NCBI GenBank assembly: GCA_964187785.1
Contig: OZ076420.1
Coordinates: 29,326,001 to 29,390,000 of the forward strand
Origin: Amphiscolops sp. MND2022
Taxonomy: Eukaryota
Direction: 5' to 3'
Length of the DNA: 64,000 nucleotides
Both the position numbers and the translations under genes were made by a program. This document shows positions 50,890 to 63,714 of this stretch, piece by piece (within the stretch, counting starts at the first letter, position 1; each line of letters opens with the position of its first letter). The notes under the pieces were generated by a model, which worked only from the letters and a program-made list of their open reading frames with translations, ran no database searches and had not been told where the DNA came from.

Positions 50890-53800
50890 CTGAAGTGATG
50901 ACATCCGGGGACAGCGAAATAGGGTCTAACTCTTCTATAGACGAGCTGGTAGGCAACTTTCCTTGTGCCCAAATTGCCCCAGAGTGTAATCCCGGAAAGC
51001 TGAAGATCAGGAAAGAGACAGGTTTGCAAATTTCTCTAGCGGAAATAACTTCCAGTTTGAGCTTTCGATTGTTTAATCATTTTTCTTTCGCCTTTGCCCA
51101 ATCAATTGTCTGGTGTCGCTTTTTGACGGAGGGAGGTCCTGCGTAACTTCTGATGATCGAAATTGTCGACCCCTTAATGATGAAATCAGGAAAAACGGCA
51201 TAGATAGATTCGATCCTGCAGTCTTATACTTATCGGGCAGCTTTTCTTTGTTCAATCTGAAATTATTGGGGAGACGGCTAATTCATGATCGAACTTATGA
51301 GTGATTCTGTTCCAGAATGTTCAATATTTGATGGAATTGAGTTTTGTCACAATTTTCCCCCTTTTGTTGAAACCCCTGGGTATTCTTCAACAACCCGACC
51401 CCTCTGCAAATGGTACCCCGGGAAACAGGCACACTAGAGAATGACAATGTTCGCGGTAGTTTTTAGTCGTCCTTTTTTGAAAAGTGGAATTTTTTTCTCC
51501 AGTTGCCACATTCAGAATTCTACAAACAGAAAATTTATCTGATGTGAGGATCGATGGCCTAGTTGTTAAGGTGTCGTTTCGACTTCCAATCCCGCGCACC
51601 ACTAAAATTTTTGTTTGCAAAGCTAGACTAGGTGAAGGGGTTTTCGGGTTTTGCGTTCGGTACTGTGCGACTTTTCTCGATTTTTTTCATTTCCCTGTGT
51701 TTTGTGACCCTATAGGTTCCCCCTTTGGGGGTGACCATATGGGTTCCCGAGCTTTGGGTTTTCGGTACACTTTCTTCCTCAATTTTGGGTTTTTGATGTT
51801 TTCTGTTGGGGAAAAGCGTTTATCGCGAGTCTCAAGATGCCCTGTGGTACCATCTGGATATTTTTGGCTCTGCGAGATTGATAGTTTTGTCAATGATCGT
51901 TCTCAAGCATTTTTAGAAGAGTATTTTTTTAGCCTTAGACGGGATGTAGACTTGGGCCGTTCCCGGCTTGTTTGGTTTTTCAAACGCATTTTTTGTACCT
52001 TCATTGTTATTTGGTCATGCTTTGTGTCGTGTTCGATGTAAACCGGTCGAACTCTGACTCATAATCGGTAATTTTTCAGATGATACCAGAAATGACTCGA
52101 AAAGAAGCGTCATTGAAGAACAATCTCCTTTGAAGTCTGTCGAAAATCGCAGCCCCTTCAGAGAAGCCTCGTTAAACAATCGAGGAACTTCAAATGAGCC
52201 GCAAGAATGTGTGAAAATCAAAGCGGAGCCGACCGATATAGCCAACGGTTAGTTATTAGTCGGCGCTTCATGAAGTGAAACGCGACTATTATAGTGGCTT
52301 TTCTTTTTTTTCAATCCACACGAACTGACCAAAATAGTTCTTAAAAGTTCTACAAAATATTATTGCACCAAATTGCACTAATTGGTCTAGCGAACTGAAC
52401 CAAAAAGGTTTTTCCTGTTTTCCCGCGTACCATACCATACCCGGGGAGACCAAAGGGTCCCCCTTCCAATTTTTTTTGGCACTGCGAGACTTTTTCCGGA
52501 AAATTTTTTCCCCAAAGGGTCCCCCTTCAATTTTTTTGCTGTTTTGCGACAGAATGGATGTTGAAAAACCTCAAAGGGTCCCCCCTTTCAGTTTTCGGCA
52601 TTGTGAGACTTTAGCGCGCCACTCGGTCCATTTTTTTTCGAAAAATTTTCGATTTTCGAGTACTGTAAAAGAGGATACTTGACACTTGGAAGTTTTTTTG
52701 CTATTTTTGAGCCTTGGATATGGCGCCGACTTGAGCCGGTCCCGGCTTGTTTTATAATTGTATAATTTCGCATCATTTTGATGTGTAGATTCATCACTCT
52801 ATGTATAGGTTGATGTCTAGATTGTTTTCCAGCAGGGTTTTCACTTTCTGCATCATTCTGGTTTTGTTACAGTTCATGACTTGTTCCTTGAAGTGATAAG
52901 AGTAAATGCCAAATGATTTGCGCTACTCTGAGTTGTTAGCTAGTTGGTTTAATTCTCGTAGCAGTGAGGCAGCGCTTTCATCGAGATGAAGCGAACAAAT
53001 GTTAATTATTCGTTCGCCGAGTTCGCTAAGATCAAGCCAACTAGCGTTTGTTATTCATAACCCGAGAGCTTCGTCTGCATTCAAATACGATAACGAAACG
53101 TCATGTACGTTTAACATTTCCATCTTCTTTAATCCGAGAAGAATCAAAGAGGCGGTGTAAACTAGTACATTGATTAATTTGGAGCTGTATTATGAATTAA
53201 CAGAAGTGTATGGTTGAGATACGATTTCATTATTGATGGTTATTGAAGCCTAAAGCAGAAATATTACTCTGCTCCACTTGCGCCTTTTTTTAGTCGGCGC
53301 TTTTCTTAAGAAAAGAGTCGACTATAGTCATGGCTTTTCGTCAGTGTTTTTTAAGACCACCTGAAGTGACCAAAATAGTTCTACCAAAAGTTCTACAAAA
53401 TTTTGAGAAGACGCCAAATTGTACCTGTTAGCTAAAGGAACTGAACCAAAAAGCTTTCCCGCGTAACATACAATACTGGACGAGACCAAAGGGTCCCCTT
53501 TAGATTTTTTCGGCACTGTGCGACTTTTTTCAATTTTTTTTCCACCAAAGGGTCCCCCTTCATTTTTTGGAGTTTTGCAACAGAATGAATGTTGAAAAAT
53601 CTCAAAGGGTCCTCCCTTTCAGCTTTTTTCGGCATCAAGAGACTTTGTTTTTCAATTTTTTTGATAAAAAGGTCCCCAATTCACCAATACTTTGACATTT
53701 TGAAGTCCTTTTGCTATTTTTGAGCCTTAGATATGGCGCCGACTTATGCAGTTCCCGGTTTGTTTAAGTTTGGAACTGCAGGATTAGCTTCTGAACTATC

Positions 53801-55174
53801 GTTAGTTTTTGTTTTCGGTGTCTGTCGAGCATGCTCTGTAACTGAGTGAAAGTGGCTTAGAATCAATGCCCCAGCTTTGCATTGTTCTACACTGTCCTAC
53901 CATCGATTGAAGTATTTTTCACATCCAGCTCACATATACAGTTTGTCTTCTCTGCATTTCAGATCAAATCTCTGCCCAAGTTGCTGAATTTGCGAATCCG
54001 GTTATTAGACAATCCGCGTCTTGTGAAACCGACCCGAACTTGTTGGCATTCCTGAAGTCTTTGGAAGTCACGCTGCCTGGTCAAACTTCGCCACCACAGC
54101 AGAAAGTTCAGAAAATCATGACAACTCCAAGTGAGTTCATTTTTTTAAATCTAGAAACATCATTCTCTTATCATATCATCTTTCGTTTCTTGATCATGTT
54201 TGAAATGGGTGTGATATTTACATTCAGCACAATTTGAAAGGAAATTTCCCCGACTATTACAAAGACTAATTTTTCTTTTCTCCAGACTACATAATTTACT
54301 CGAATGGTACCATTTCCCAGCAGACATTGTTCACGCCCCTTGGCCTGCCACTTGCCCTAGGGGGGGGGGGACGAGAAACGTCTAAGGAATAACGTCTAAA
54401 AGTGTTTCGGGAATAACGTCTAAACTCCAATGTATTAAGATTGGGAATAAGCATGATTGAGCATAACTTGGCTTTAGACGTTGTTCCTTCGGCGTTATTC
54501 CTGGTCCCCCACTTGGCCACCTGCCACAGTAGTTAGCGTACATGGCTGGGGAACAGGAGTTAGTTCGTTCGAATCCCGCGCTCGTTAAGTTTTTAAACGT
54601 TTGTTAAGGTAGAGGAGGCTAAAAGGTCCAGTTTTTTTCGACAATGAGTTTTTTGGGGTGAACATTTGTTTTCGAAGAATCAATTTCCATCATTTCGCGT
54701 TTTTGATGTTTTCACTTGGAGAAAGGGGTTTTTCTAGTCTGAAAGTTATGAGAATATCATAAAAAAACGAATTGCGAATTGGAATAACTTTACGTTTTTC
54801 GGGCCTTGAGTGTGGCGTCGATTTCGGTCGTTCCAGCTTGTGTTTGGCCTATGCTTCAAATTTATCTGATTTCAAAAAGTAGTTAATGTAGTTGACCTTA
54901 AATGCTGCAATCGGGAGGACGTGAAACTGATTTTTGTAATCGGATGCTTCTTTCTTTTCCAGTATTCGGAACGAGTACAAGTATCTGGTATGGGAAACTG
55001 AAGAGAAAAAAGAGGTCGAAATCTTTGAAGAATCTGCAATTCCTTGATGAGACGCGGGTATCAAGACGTAAATCCAAGAAACCCAGAAAATGCCATGCAG
55101 CAAAGCCTTTTCCTGATGTTAAGTGCTCTCCTCAATGCGGTTCTGCGACACAAGGTGCTGTTGACTCTTATTGA
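50890..55174 (+). CDS. Unidentified low-complexity protein; exons 50890/50898-51021, 52080-52247, 53963-54130 and, tentatively, 54963-55174
   Basis: Four AG...GT-bounded open segments that all join in phase 1, with good donors (gtttgc, gttagt, gtgagt) and polypyrimidine acceptors. No recognisable domain. The first and last exons may not be terminal. Confidence 0.55.
52256..52751 (+). mobile_element. Complete HINE-like element inserted ~8 nt after a splice donor
   Basis: 5' agtcggcgc at about 52258. 3' gagccttggatatggcgccgacttgagccggtcccggcttgtt ends at about 52751. Confidence 0.75.
53290..53764 (+). mobile_element. Complete HINE-like element
   Basis: 5' agtcggcgcttttcttaagaaaagagtcgact at 53292 and 3' gagccttagatatggcgccgact...ggtttgtt. 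Confidence 0.78.
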
Positions 55175-55502
55175 CTAATATAACTTGTTATTTGTATTAA
55201 TATCAATCCAGACTTTTTGAAATCCAATCAAAAATCTAAATTTGAAAATATTATGCTCATTTTTTGAAGCTTCCAATATAATTTTTATGGTGTAATAATC
55301 TGAACCGGAGTAAAATCCTGTTTTTTTTTAAGCACAAGCGCCATTTCTTCAGTTTTACTTAATTAACACACGGTTACCAGACAAAAACGTCCCAAATACA
55401 CAGTCAAAAGCGCCCCAGTCTTAAGCGCCCCAACCAACGGCTACAGATTTGCTTAATCTTGCTTTGCTTACTTTCACCACCAACATTAAGTTCCTCGCTC
55501 CT

Positions 55503-56141
55503 ATTAAATAAATAATCATCAGTTTTTAGTCGGCTCTTCATGAATTGAAACGCAACTATAATAGCGACTCGTTCTAAGTTTTAAGGGGCCAAATTGTACC
55601 ATTTGGCCCAGAGAACTGAACCGTAATAATTGTTCCTTTTTAGTCGGCGCTTTTCGTAGAAAACGCTGACTATAGCACTTTAAGACCAACGAGGTGACAG
55701 ATTTTATAAGCTTTATAAGCTTGCACTAACTGCCACACAGCATCTTCTACTGTCACTTGGCATAGAGGTTAATCAGGATTTTTTGAGGTCTTGGAAGCAG
55801 AAGGACATGGGTTCTAGTCTCGCCCTTGACTAATTTTTTTGTGCTTTTTATTTCGGTTTTGTGAGACTTTTGTGAGTCTCCAAAGGGCCCTCCTTCAATT
55901 TTTTATCTTTTGCAACAGAATGGATGTTCAAAAAATCCAAAAGGGTCGTCCCCCTTTTACATTTTTGGTACTATGCGACCCACCGGAGACTTCAAAAAAT
56001 TTTTTTTTAAATTCGGAAAAATTGTTTCCTCAATTTATAGTTTTTTGGGAGGTTTTGTTGTCTCTAGTTGTGGAAAAAGTGGTTTTCGAGTCTTATTGAG
56101 CCTTAGATATGGTTCCGACTTGAGCTGTTCTCGGCATGTTT
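55503..56141 (+). mobile_element. Degenerate, nested HINE-like copies
   Basis: 5' termini at about 55506 and 55642, and a 3' terminus gagccttagatatggttccgacttgagctgttctcggcatgtt at about 56098-56141. Confidence 0.6.
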
Positions 56142-56559
56142 AGCGTAACAGTAACATATAATACCGGACGAGATTAATGGGTCCCCTTTCAATTTTTTTT
56201 GGTACTGAGACTTGAAAACTTTTTAAATGTCTCCAAAGTGTCCCCCTTCAAGTTTTTGATATTTTGCAACAAAGTGGATGTTGAAAAAGCCCAAAAGGTC
56301 CCTTTTTTACATTTTCGGCACTATGAGACTGTTTCAAAATTCTCATTTTCGTCTGAAATTAGGTTTCCTCAATAAATTTCCTTCAATAAAATTTTCTTTC
56401 AATAATATCCCAATTTTTGACGTTATATACGAAGTTTCGTTTCCTTAAAGAGGAGGACTTCACGCAAAAACCCAAAAACCTAGCGCGCCGATTCAATTCC
56501 CCTTTGAGATTTTCGGGAACAGTGGAAAAGAATACTTGACGCTTTGAAGCTCTTTTGCC

Positions 56560-57169
56560 TGTACAAGACACTCACAGCAGTTAGTGAGGTAGATATTATC
56601 AGCTGAAAGCAATTATAGATTATTGACTATCAACAAACTGATTAGTTCGCTTAGAGCTTTCTGACTTTCAAAGGCGTGAATGAAGCAGGTTATTGTCGCT
56701 CATCTAATATTCTATGTTCAGTGAAAAGGGTCTCGTTCTAGTTATTCAAATAAGGAAGCTTAGTTTCAAATTTGAATGCTTTCAGTGAAACTTACTGTGA
56801 AACGTTCTGAGAAATCTGTCTGAAATTGAGAGATTTACTGCTAGAAGTTGTTATTGAAGAAACCATAGTTTTCGGGAGCTAAGGTCTGTTTAGTAGAAAA
56901 CAATAAATTCAGGATATTTATTGGTCCTTTTTATCGTCGTAAATCGAAGCATCAATGTTTTTGAAATATATGTTTTTATCAAATAACAAACGGCAAAAGA
57001 ACATAAATGCAACAATATTAACAAATATTGGTAAACAACACTTTTTGAACTGAGTAGCAAGGCCTTTTCAAGAGCAATAATTCTAGAATATTCTCGAATT
57101 TCCAAAACACGCAAATGAACTAATTCTATTAGCTTTTAATCTTATCGCTGAGCTAATTGCTTGTCAACA
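56560..57169 (-). repeat. 3' LTR of the BEL element (starts TGTTGACAAG at 57169; distal CA end at either 56887 or 56560)
   Basis: PPT-like tract at 57170-57182 directly abuts TGTTG on the - strand. Two candidate ends: ...ctaaaCA (283 bp LTR) and ...ttgtaCA (610 bp LTR). Confidence 0.55.
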
Positions 57170-57314
57170 TCCTCCGGGCCCAAGAAGATGTGGAGAAACG
57201 AATCAATTAAACAAAAAAAATTTTTTTCGAATTTATATTTTCATACATGTTACATGGAATATAATATTGTAAATAAAGTACCGTGAAATGAAACAAAATT
57301 TTATGACTTATAAA

Positions 57315-60300
57315 TTATTCGGGAATAGGGAAAACGGGAGCGAGCTTAACAACGGGACGGACGAGATTACCAGTTGACGTTTTGACTTCGGCGGATCTGG
57401 CGACGGCATCGGTGCCGAAGTTTAGCTTCACAACACGGGCAAGCGGGTAGTGTCCTCTAGGTGCGGTTGGCTCAACTATCCAAACAAGATCTCCGGTCTT
57501 GAGGTCTCTGTTGGACGATTTGCACCATTTTGAACGGTGATTCAGATTTGGAACGTACTCCTTGAGCCAGCGATTCCAAATTGCGTCTGAGTACGCTTGG
57601 GCACGAACGTACCGCTTTCGGTGATCTATTTCAGCATGAAAGTGAGTAGGTAATGTTGAACTAGCGGTCCCCAGCAGGAAATGGTTTGGCGTTAGCGCGT
57701 CTAGGTCTGCCGGGTCGGTACTCGCGGGGGTAATCGGACGAGCATTCAAACATTGTTCTACCAGGCAGAACGTTGTCATCAAAATTTCATCCGTCAGACG
57801 GCGGTTTCCTAGGACAGCGTAAAAAACGTGTTTAAAGCTTCGGACAGCACGTTCCCAAACACCTCCGTGATGCGGAGCACTAGGCGGATTAAACTTCCAC
57901 TTTATGCCTTTCTTTACGAGTGTTTCTCCGAGGACTTGCTGGTTCCAGTTTTTGATATTCATCAAAAGTTCTTTTTCACTGGCCACAAAGTTTGTCCCGT
58001 TATCGGACCAAAGAACGGAGGGAATGCCACGACGGGCGCAGAACCTTTCAATTCCCATCACGCAACTACTGGTGTCCATGCTTGGGACTACTTCGAAGTT
58101 TACAGCTCGAGTCGTGAGGCAAGTAAAGAGAAAACCCCAGCGTTTTTCAGTAGAACGCTTGACCGATACGAAGAAGGGTCCGAAGTAGTCAACGCCAGTG
58201 TTTGAAAACGGAGGTTCTTGGAACGCAAGTCTTTCACGGGGTAGATCCGCCATTATTGGATTCAGTGTTTCAGCTCTACGTTTGCGGCAATTTACACACC
58301 TCGAAACAATTGTTCTCAGGGCTGTTCTTAGCTTCACTACAGCAAATCGCTGCTGTACCAATGCTCTGAGGTAATCAACACCCTGATGACAATGTTGAGC
58401 GTGCAAGTGTTCCAACAGTAGTCTGATCAAAGGATGGCGGGCATCCAGTATGATGGGATGTTTCACATCAAACGTGGCAATCTGAAGTTGTTTCGTTCGT
58501 CCAGACGCTCTTACAAGACCGCTTGGTCCGATAAAGGGGGAAAATTGGGCGATTTTAGACCTACTACTGAGTGCCGACGACTTCAGCAGATTACTTTTTT
58601 CCATTGGGAAGGACTCGGTCTGAACCATGTAGAAGAGATGTTGTTCAGCATTTTCGAGTTCCGCGGGATCAGTGATGGCAGCAGTGCTAGTCTTGTACAA
58701 GCTACTCTTCGACGAAAGGCGCAACATATAGGCTGCAATGCGCAGGAGTTTCTCGTATGAGCAATACTTCTGCCACTCGAAAGTTTTTGCAATTGCAGTT
58801 TGGTGTGCGGATAACAATGTCGACGACTCTGTTGCTAGTTCATCACTCAGATCCAGTTTCGCTTGCTTCAATTTACTTCGAAAGTTTTCGCATGGCTTGA
58901 ACGGCCATTCGGTGGTTCTCAAAAAACTCGGTCCTTTCAACCAGCAACTTTCAAGGAGTGCTTTGGAAGACAAACCTCTGGTTCCGGCGTCCGCAGGGTT
59001 GTCAGCAGACTGAACGTAAAACCATTCGTCTACAGTTGTAAGTTCCAGTATTTCTGCGACACGGTTTGCGACAAAAACCGGTTGCTTTTCGAGGGAATGT
59101 AACCACTGCAGTACCGTGGTACTGTCTGTCCACATGAAAATCTTTTCTATTTCCAGAGTCAAGGCTTGTTGGATGTCATTTCTGAGCCTTGCGGAAAGTA
59201 GTGCAGCTTGGAGTTCAAGCTTTGGAATTGTCAAAGCTTTCATTGGTGCAACACGTGCTTTTCCGAAAACAAAGGCTAACTCTGTTGAGCTGCCATGTTT
59301 CGAAACCATCTTTCCTCTCAGAAAGGCCACGGCACTGAAGACGTCTTGCGAACTGTCACCAAACATGTGTAATTCCAAACGCTCGACGTTTCGCGGAAAG
59401 TAGCTTCTAGGTATGACAATTTCGCTAAGTGATCCCAATTCGGAACTCCAGTCTGTAAACTTGGTTACGATGTCATCCGGCAGGACGTCGTCCCATTTCT
59501 GACCACTCAACCTCCAAATGTCTTTCAAGAGAAGTCGAGCCTTAACTGTATACGGGGCTACGAGACCAATAGGGTCGTACACGGCAGAGACAAGACTCAG
59601 CACGACTCTCTGAGTGACAGTTTGTTTAGTGTCCGGTGTTGTACCTCGACTGACAACAAGTGTGTCTGAGTTGTGATTCCACTTGAGGCCGAGGACGTGG
59701 GAAGACTCGTCCTGTGTCGGCAATTGTTTTCCATCATTGCTTTGATTCTCCGAATCCGGTTCAATTTGACTCAAGATCTTCGGGTCGTTTGATACGAACT
59801 TCGTGAGTTTGAAACCACCTATTGAAAGCATTTTCACTAAGTCTTTAGCCTTTTGGGCAGCTTCTTCTGCGGTTGGGCTCGACTCGAGATAGTCGTCCAT
59901 GTAGAAGTTCGTGTGCACGCTCTGAGCGGCTTTTGGGAACATGTCTGCGTTGTCTGTTGCGGTTCTCTTCAAAGCGTAATTTGCGCAAGTCGGAGAGTCC
60001 TTCGAACCGAAAATGTGTCTGACGTATTGAAACACAGAAACTTCGGTTGATGGATCCTCCCGCCACAAAAAACGAATGGACGGCTGGTCTTTAGGAATTA
60101 CTCCTACTTGCAGGAACATTCCTTCAATGTTGGCGGATACGGCGTTGGGGTACTGGCGGAATCGGAAAAGGATGTGGATCAAGCTTTGCAGCAGATCCGG
60201 GCCGGTTAAAAGAGCATTGTTCAAAGAACACCGGTGAAATTTTGCGGCACCATTGAGAACTCTTCTCACTTTACCGGGTTTGTGCGGATGTATCACGGGG

Positions 60301-61244
60301 TGATGTGGTAGGTACCACTCACGACGGTTATCGGTTCGGAAGCACTCAGATTTATCGACTTGAACAATGTACTTTTTTTCGAAATCCTCGTTGATTGTTT
60401 TGCTATAACTTTCTTTCAGCTGAGGATCTTTTCCGAGGCGACGCTCTAGAGACTTCATTTGAACGAGAGCCGAGAAGTAGTTGTTCGGTAACGTACTTTC
60501 TTCATCGGCCCACAACATTCCAACTTGGTAACGGCATCCATCGTTGAATGTGGTCTCTTCGAGAATTTTCATCGCTCGCGCGTCGGCTGCGGAGCGAGAG
60601 TCAACTTGTTTGTAGGCTCCATATGACTCCATGTCATACCAGCTACGAAGTTGTTCGGCGAGAATCGAGTCCTTCTCAGAGCTAGCAACAGCCTTAAAAC
60701 AAGTCGAGACAAGACCCGTGGCAGAAGGAAGTGGACCACTCAGTACCCAGCCCAACGGTAAACGAACGGCTATCGGAGTATTCGCACGGTCGGATTCGAA
60801 GTACTCCAATGGGCGGATAGAATGGAAAACATCCTGGCCAAGAATCATCTCGACGTCGGCGTAGCTGTACTTACTTAGAGAAATCGGTTCCAAGTGCGGG
60901 TACTTTGCTTTCAGATTGTCAACGTCGATAAAATCATTTCCGATCTTCAAGTCATTTCGAACAAAGGGTTTCACGGGGAAAGATGAACAAGAGCCACCCG
61001 AATGAACGGGTGTCAACTTAAGTTCAACTGTTTCCGTGTCAATTTGTTGCTGCGAATTTATCCCGTGGACAGTTAGCTTGGTTGGAGAGCCTTTAACCTG
61101 GAGTTTGTCCGCCAGTCTTTTCGAAATCCAAGAGTGACTGCAAGCTGAGTCACACAACACGAGCACCTTTTCGGAACATGACGGAGATTCCAACTCTACT
61201 TCCGTTATCTGTAACAAACCTTTGACGTCGGACACGGCAGGCAT
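57315..61244 (-). CDS. BEL/Pao pol, 1309 aa: aspartic protease, RT, RNase H (peptidase A17 region), integrase
   Basis: LCDSACSHSWIS (protease); YLPHHPV and FYMDDYL (RT); LHMFGDSS (RNase H); HAQHCH...CVNC, TGVDYFGP, SDNGTNF, GGVWERAVRSFK (integrase HHCC and DDE); C-terminal DUF5641-like WNRWLKEY. Confidence 0.96.
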   Translation of the reverse strand: MPAVSDVKGLLQITEVELESPSCSEKVLVLCDSACSHSWISKRLADKLQVKGSPTKLTVHGINSQQQIDTETVELKLTPVHSGGSCSSFPVKPFVRNDLKIGNDFIDVDNLKAKYPHLEPISLSKYSYADVEMILGQDVFHSIRPLEYFESDRANTPIAVRLPLGWVLSGPLPSATGLVSTCFKAVASSEKDSILAEQLRSWYDMESYGAYKQVDSRSAADARAMKILEETTFNDGCRYQVGMLWADEESTLPNNYFSALVQMKSLERRLGKDPQLKESYSKTINEDFEKKYIVQVDKSECFRTDNRREWYLPHHPVIHPHKPGKVRRVLNGAAKFHRCSLNNALLTGPDLLQSLIHILFRFRQYPNAVSANIEGMFLQVGVIPKDQPSIRFLWREDPSTEVSVFQYVRHIFGSKDSPTCANYALKRTATDNADMFPKAAQSVHTNFYMDDYLESSPTAEEAAQKAKDLVKMLSIGGFKLTKFVSNDPKILSQIEPDSENQSNDGKQLPTQDESSHVLGLKWNHNSDTLVVSRGTTPDTKQTVTQRVVLSLVSAVYDPIGLVAPYTVKARLLLKDIWRLSGQKWDDVLPDDIVTKFTDWSSELGSLSEIVIPRSYFPRNVERLELHMFGDSSQDVFSAVAFLRGKMVSKHGSSTELAFVFGKARVAPMKALTIPKLELQAALLSARLRNDIQQALTLEIEKIFMWTDSTTVLQWLHSLEKQPVFVANRVAEILELTTVDEWFYVQSADNPADAGTRGLSSKALLESCWLKGPSFLRTTEWPFKPCENFRSKLKQAKLDLSDELATESSTLLSAHQTAIAKTFEWQKYCSYEKLLRIAAYMLRLSSKSSLYKTSTAAITDPAELENAEQHLFYMVQTESFPMEKSNLLKSSALSSRSKIAQFSPFIGPSGLVRASGRTKQLQIATFDVKHPIILDARHPLIRLLLEHLHAQHCHQGVDYLRALVQQRFAVVKLRTALRTIVSRCVNCRKRRAETLNPIMADLPRERLAFQEPPFSNTGVDYFGPFFVSVKRSTEKRWGFLFTCLTTRAVNFEVVPSMDTSSCVMGIERFCARRGIPSVLWSDNGTNFVASEKELLMNIKNWNQQVLGETLVKKGIKWKFNPPSAPHHGGVWERAVRSFKHVFYAVLGNRRLTDEILMTTFCLVEQCLNARPITPASTDPADLDALTPNHFLLGTASSTLPTHFHAEIDHRKRYVRAQAYSDAIWNRWLKEYVPNLNHRSKWCKSSNRDLKTGDLVWIVEPTAPRGHYPLARVVKLNFGTDAVARSAEVKTSTGNLVRPVVKLAPVFPIPE

Positions 61245-61300
61245 GCCGGAACTCTCGCTACCGGTTGATTTCTGACTGACTTTGGTTGACCTACCAGTGG

Positions 61301-63714
61301 TTACTTTGTTGTCTTTGTTTTCTGCGCCTGAAACCCTCGGGGGAAAATTTTTTCTGAGCCGTGAAGTAAAGTGTTGTGAGAGCTACTACAGACTTCCTTG
61401 GTGCATTTTCTTGGTTGTGGGCACTGTCGGAAAGCATGCCCTTCGTTGAGACAAGAAAAGCAGAGTTTGCTCTCAGCAGCTAACTTGGTTCGCTCTGTTG
61501 GTGTTTTCCTGCGGAAAACTGGACAACGCCAAAGCGGATGACTCTCTTTGCACGCTACACAAGGTTTTTCGCTTCTGGGTTTCGTTCCCGTAGTCTCTTT
61601 GTTACTAAGGGTAGCTGCAAAAACCTTGGTTCCTGTTTTGGTCTTGGTCACAGTTGAGGCAGTAACGTCATCAGTTTTGGCTTTGCTGGAAGTGGCTTTC
61701 ATTCTTTCATGTGCCTCTGCTTTCCCCTTTAGCCAGTCATTGAACTGAATCAATGTTGGTCGGTCCAGATTTCGTTTCACGGTGTTCATCGACCACGCTT
61801 CCTTCAAGTTTGGCGGAAGTTTCTGTATAGCTTGACCCAGCAGAGAAGCACTTGACAAATCTTGTACATAATTCAAAGATCGGAAAACACCAACCAGTGA
61901 GGAGACAGTGGCAGAATAGCTGATAATGCTGTCACTATTATGCATTTTGACTGGTGGGTAGTTTGCAAGTTTGTCTAAATAAGCGCTCACGACGGTTTGT
62001 GGTTGTCCGAACTTGCGCTCTAATGTCTTTAAGGCGTCCTTGTACATTGCACCACAGTAAGCAAATTCGGCAATTGCCGTCTTTGCCTTGCCGGAAACCA
62101 GGGTTTTCAAGTAAGTCAGTTTCACGTCATCGGTTAAAGGCGCTGAGTCGATGGCACTCTTAAACTGGCCGAACCACTCGTGCCATTGAAGTGGATCTCC
62201 ACCGTACTGAGCCAGTTTCCATTCAGGGAGATGGTCCTTTTTCGATGACAATAACAGTTGTGCCAGATCTTGAACTGTGAAACTGCTCGTCGATGGTTGT
62301 GGAGTGGCGATTGTTGAAGACGATGGAAATGGCAGTGCGGTTGGTGAAACAGTAGAGACGGTCGGAAGTGGTGCACTAGTAGGCATCGTTACGGTAGCGA
62401 GGGACGATGGACTGAGATAGTACACAGTTCCTCCTGCAGTGACTGGAATAACGGGTGTTGAAGTGGGATAACCAGTGGTAGTAGGAACCACTGTATATAA
62501 CGTTGGTGTTAGTTGAATCGAAGTGGTGACGGGAATCACACTTGTCGGCGCGTTGTTGGTGGCAGTTGGAAACGTCCATGCAGACAAATTCGGTAAAACA
62601 TGGCTTGCGGGTACGGTTAACGGTTGTGATTGCACCATTACGGTCGGCACGGTGGGTGGCGCAGTTACATTTGTCATCGGTGTACTCGTCACCGGTGGGT
62701 TGACAGGTAAATGGGCCGCAGCCATGGTTGGTTGTGGATCGGTATTGTTCTGTAGTTGCATTGCTGGTGCATTATATGATGTCGAGGCTACAGGAGCGGT
62801 TGTAGTGTGTACATTGGTAAACCCAGTAACTAGATTAACGACTGAGTTCCTAGTTGTAGCAGGCAGAACAAATTGTTCCGTTGGTGGCAAAGCCACAGAC
62901 ATTGCGTTCGTAGGAGCAGGTTCTGTCACAATCGGCGAGTTGTTCACCCAGTCGTTAACGCGTGCTGTGTCGTCAGCTTTGGACGAAACCGAAAGTTGTG
63001 ACAGAGTTTCTTCTAGGTTAGGCTGGGAATCGGACAAGTCTTCTCTCAGTTCGAGTTCAGTGAGGGTTGCTTCAGCAAGTTTTTCCGATTTTCCTCCTGC
63101 AGTTCTTCGACTCTGAGCGCTTGTTCCTTCTTCAGGCGATCAGCTCTCAACCTGAGTTGCTCTTGTTCCTGTTGAAGTCGTTCAAGTTCTAGTTCTTGTT
63201 GTTGTTTCGCGATTCGGAGCGCTGCTTCATTCTGCTTCTCTATTTCTTCTCTACGTTGTTTCGCTATCAACAAATCTCTTTGACGTTGACTAGATGTTCT
63301 CGATTGTCGCGACGTTTTTGCGCTCGATGTTTTGCTTGGTTGCTTGTTTTTTGAAGTCGCTGTTGTTGATGGTTGAGATGCTCTATCAACGCTCGGACAT
63401 TGATCGATGTACTCGCGAGCCTTTTTCAAAATCATGTCATTTTGAGTAGTCACTTCACTCAACCAAGTTTCCAAATCGTGTTTCACTAGTGACGGGTCTT
63501 CTGTTTTCGTAGCCAAATCGAACAAAAGTTCATGCTTTGAAAACAACTTCGTCATCGCTTCGTCACATGAACTCACAAGTCTCTCGACGCGCACGCGTCG
63601 ATCTTTGTTTTCTACAGCATCATCAATCTTTTGCTGGATTCTACGTAATTCATCTTCTGCCTTGGAGCGACTTTCGAACAGTTTTCGAACTTTTTCTTGC
63701 ATGGAGTCAGCCAT
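61301..63714 (-). CDS. BEL/Pao gag, split across ORFs 63046-63723 and 61301-63037 by a 1-nt frameshift
   Basis: Coiled-coil N-terminus; DUF1759-like LPEWKLAQYGGDPLQWHEWFGQFKSAI...KLTYLKTL; three Zn knuckles CVACKESHPLWRC, CFSCLNEGHAFRQC, CTKEVCSSSHNTLLH. Confidence 0.92.

Noticed and set aside
54316-54550. Possible MITE bounded by CCCAGC...GCTGGG
   Set aside because: Only a 6-bp terminal match and no TSD; insufficient support.
61330-61350. Programmed -1 ribosomal frameshift between BEL gag and pol
   Set aside because: The only heptamer fitting the pattern is T TTC CCC, which is non-canonical. BEL/Pao normally has one ORF, and a second similar shift lies inside gag, so mutation or sequencing error is more likely.
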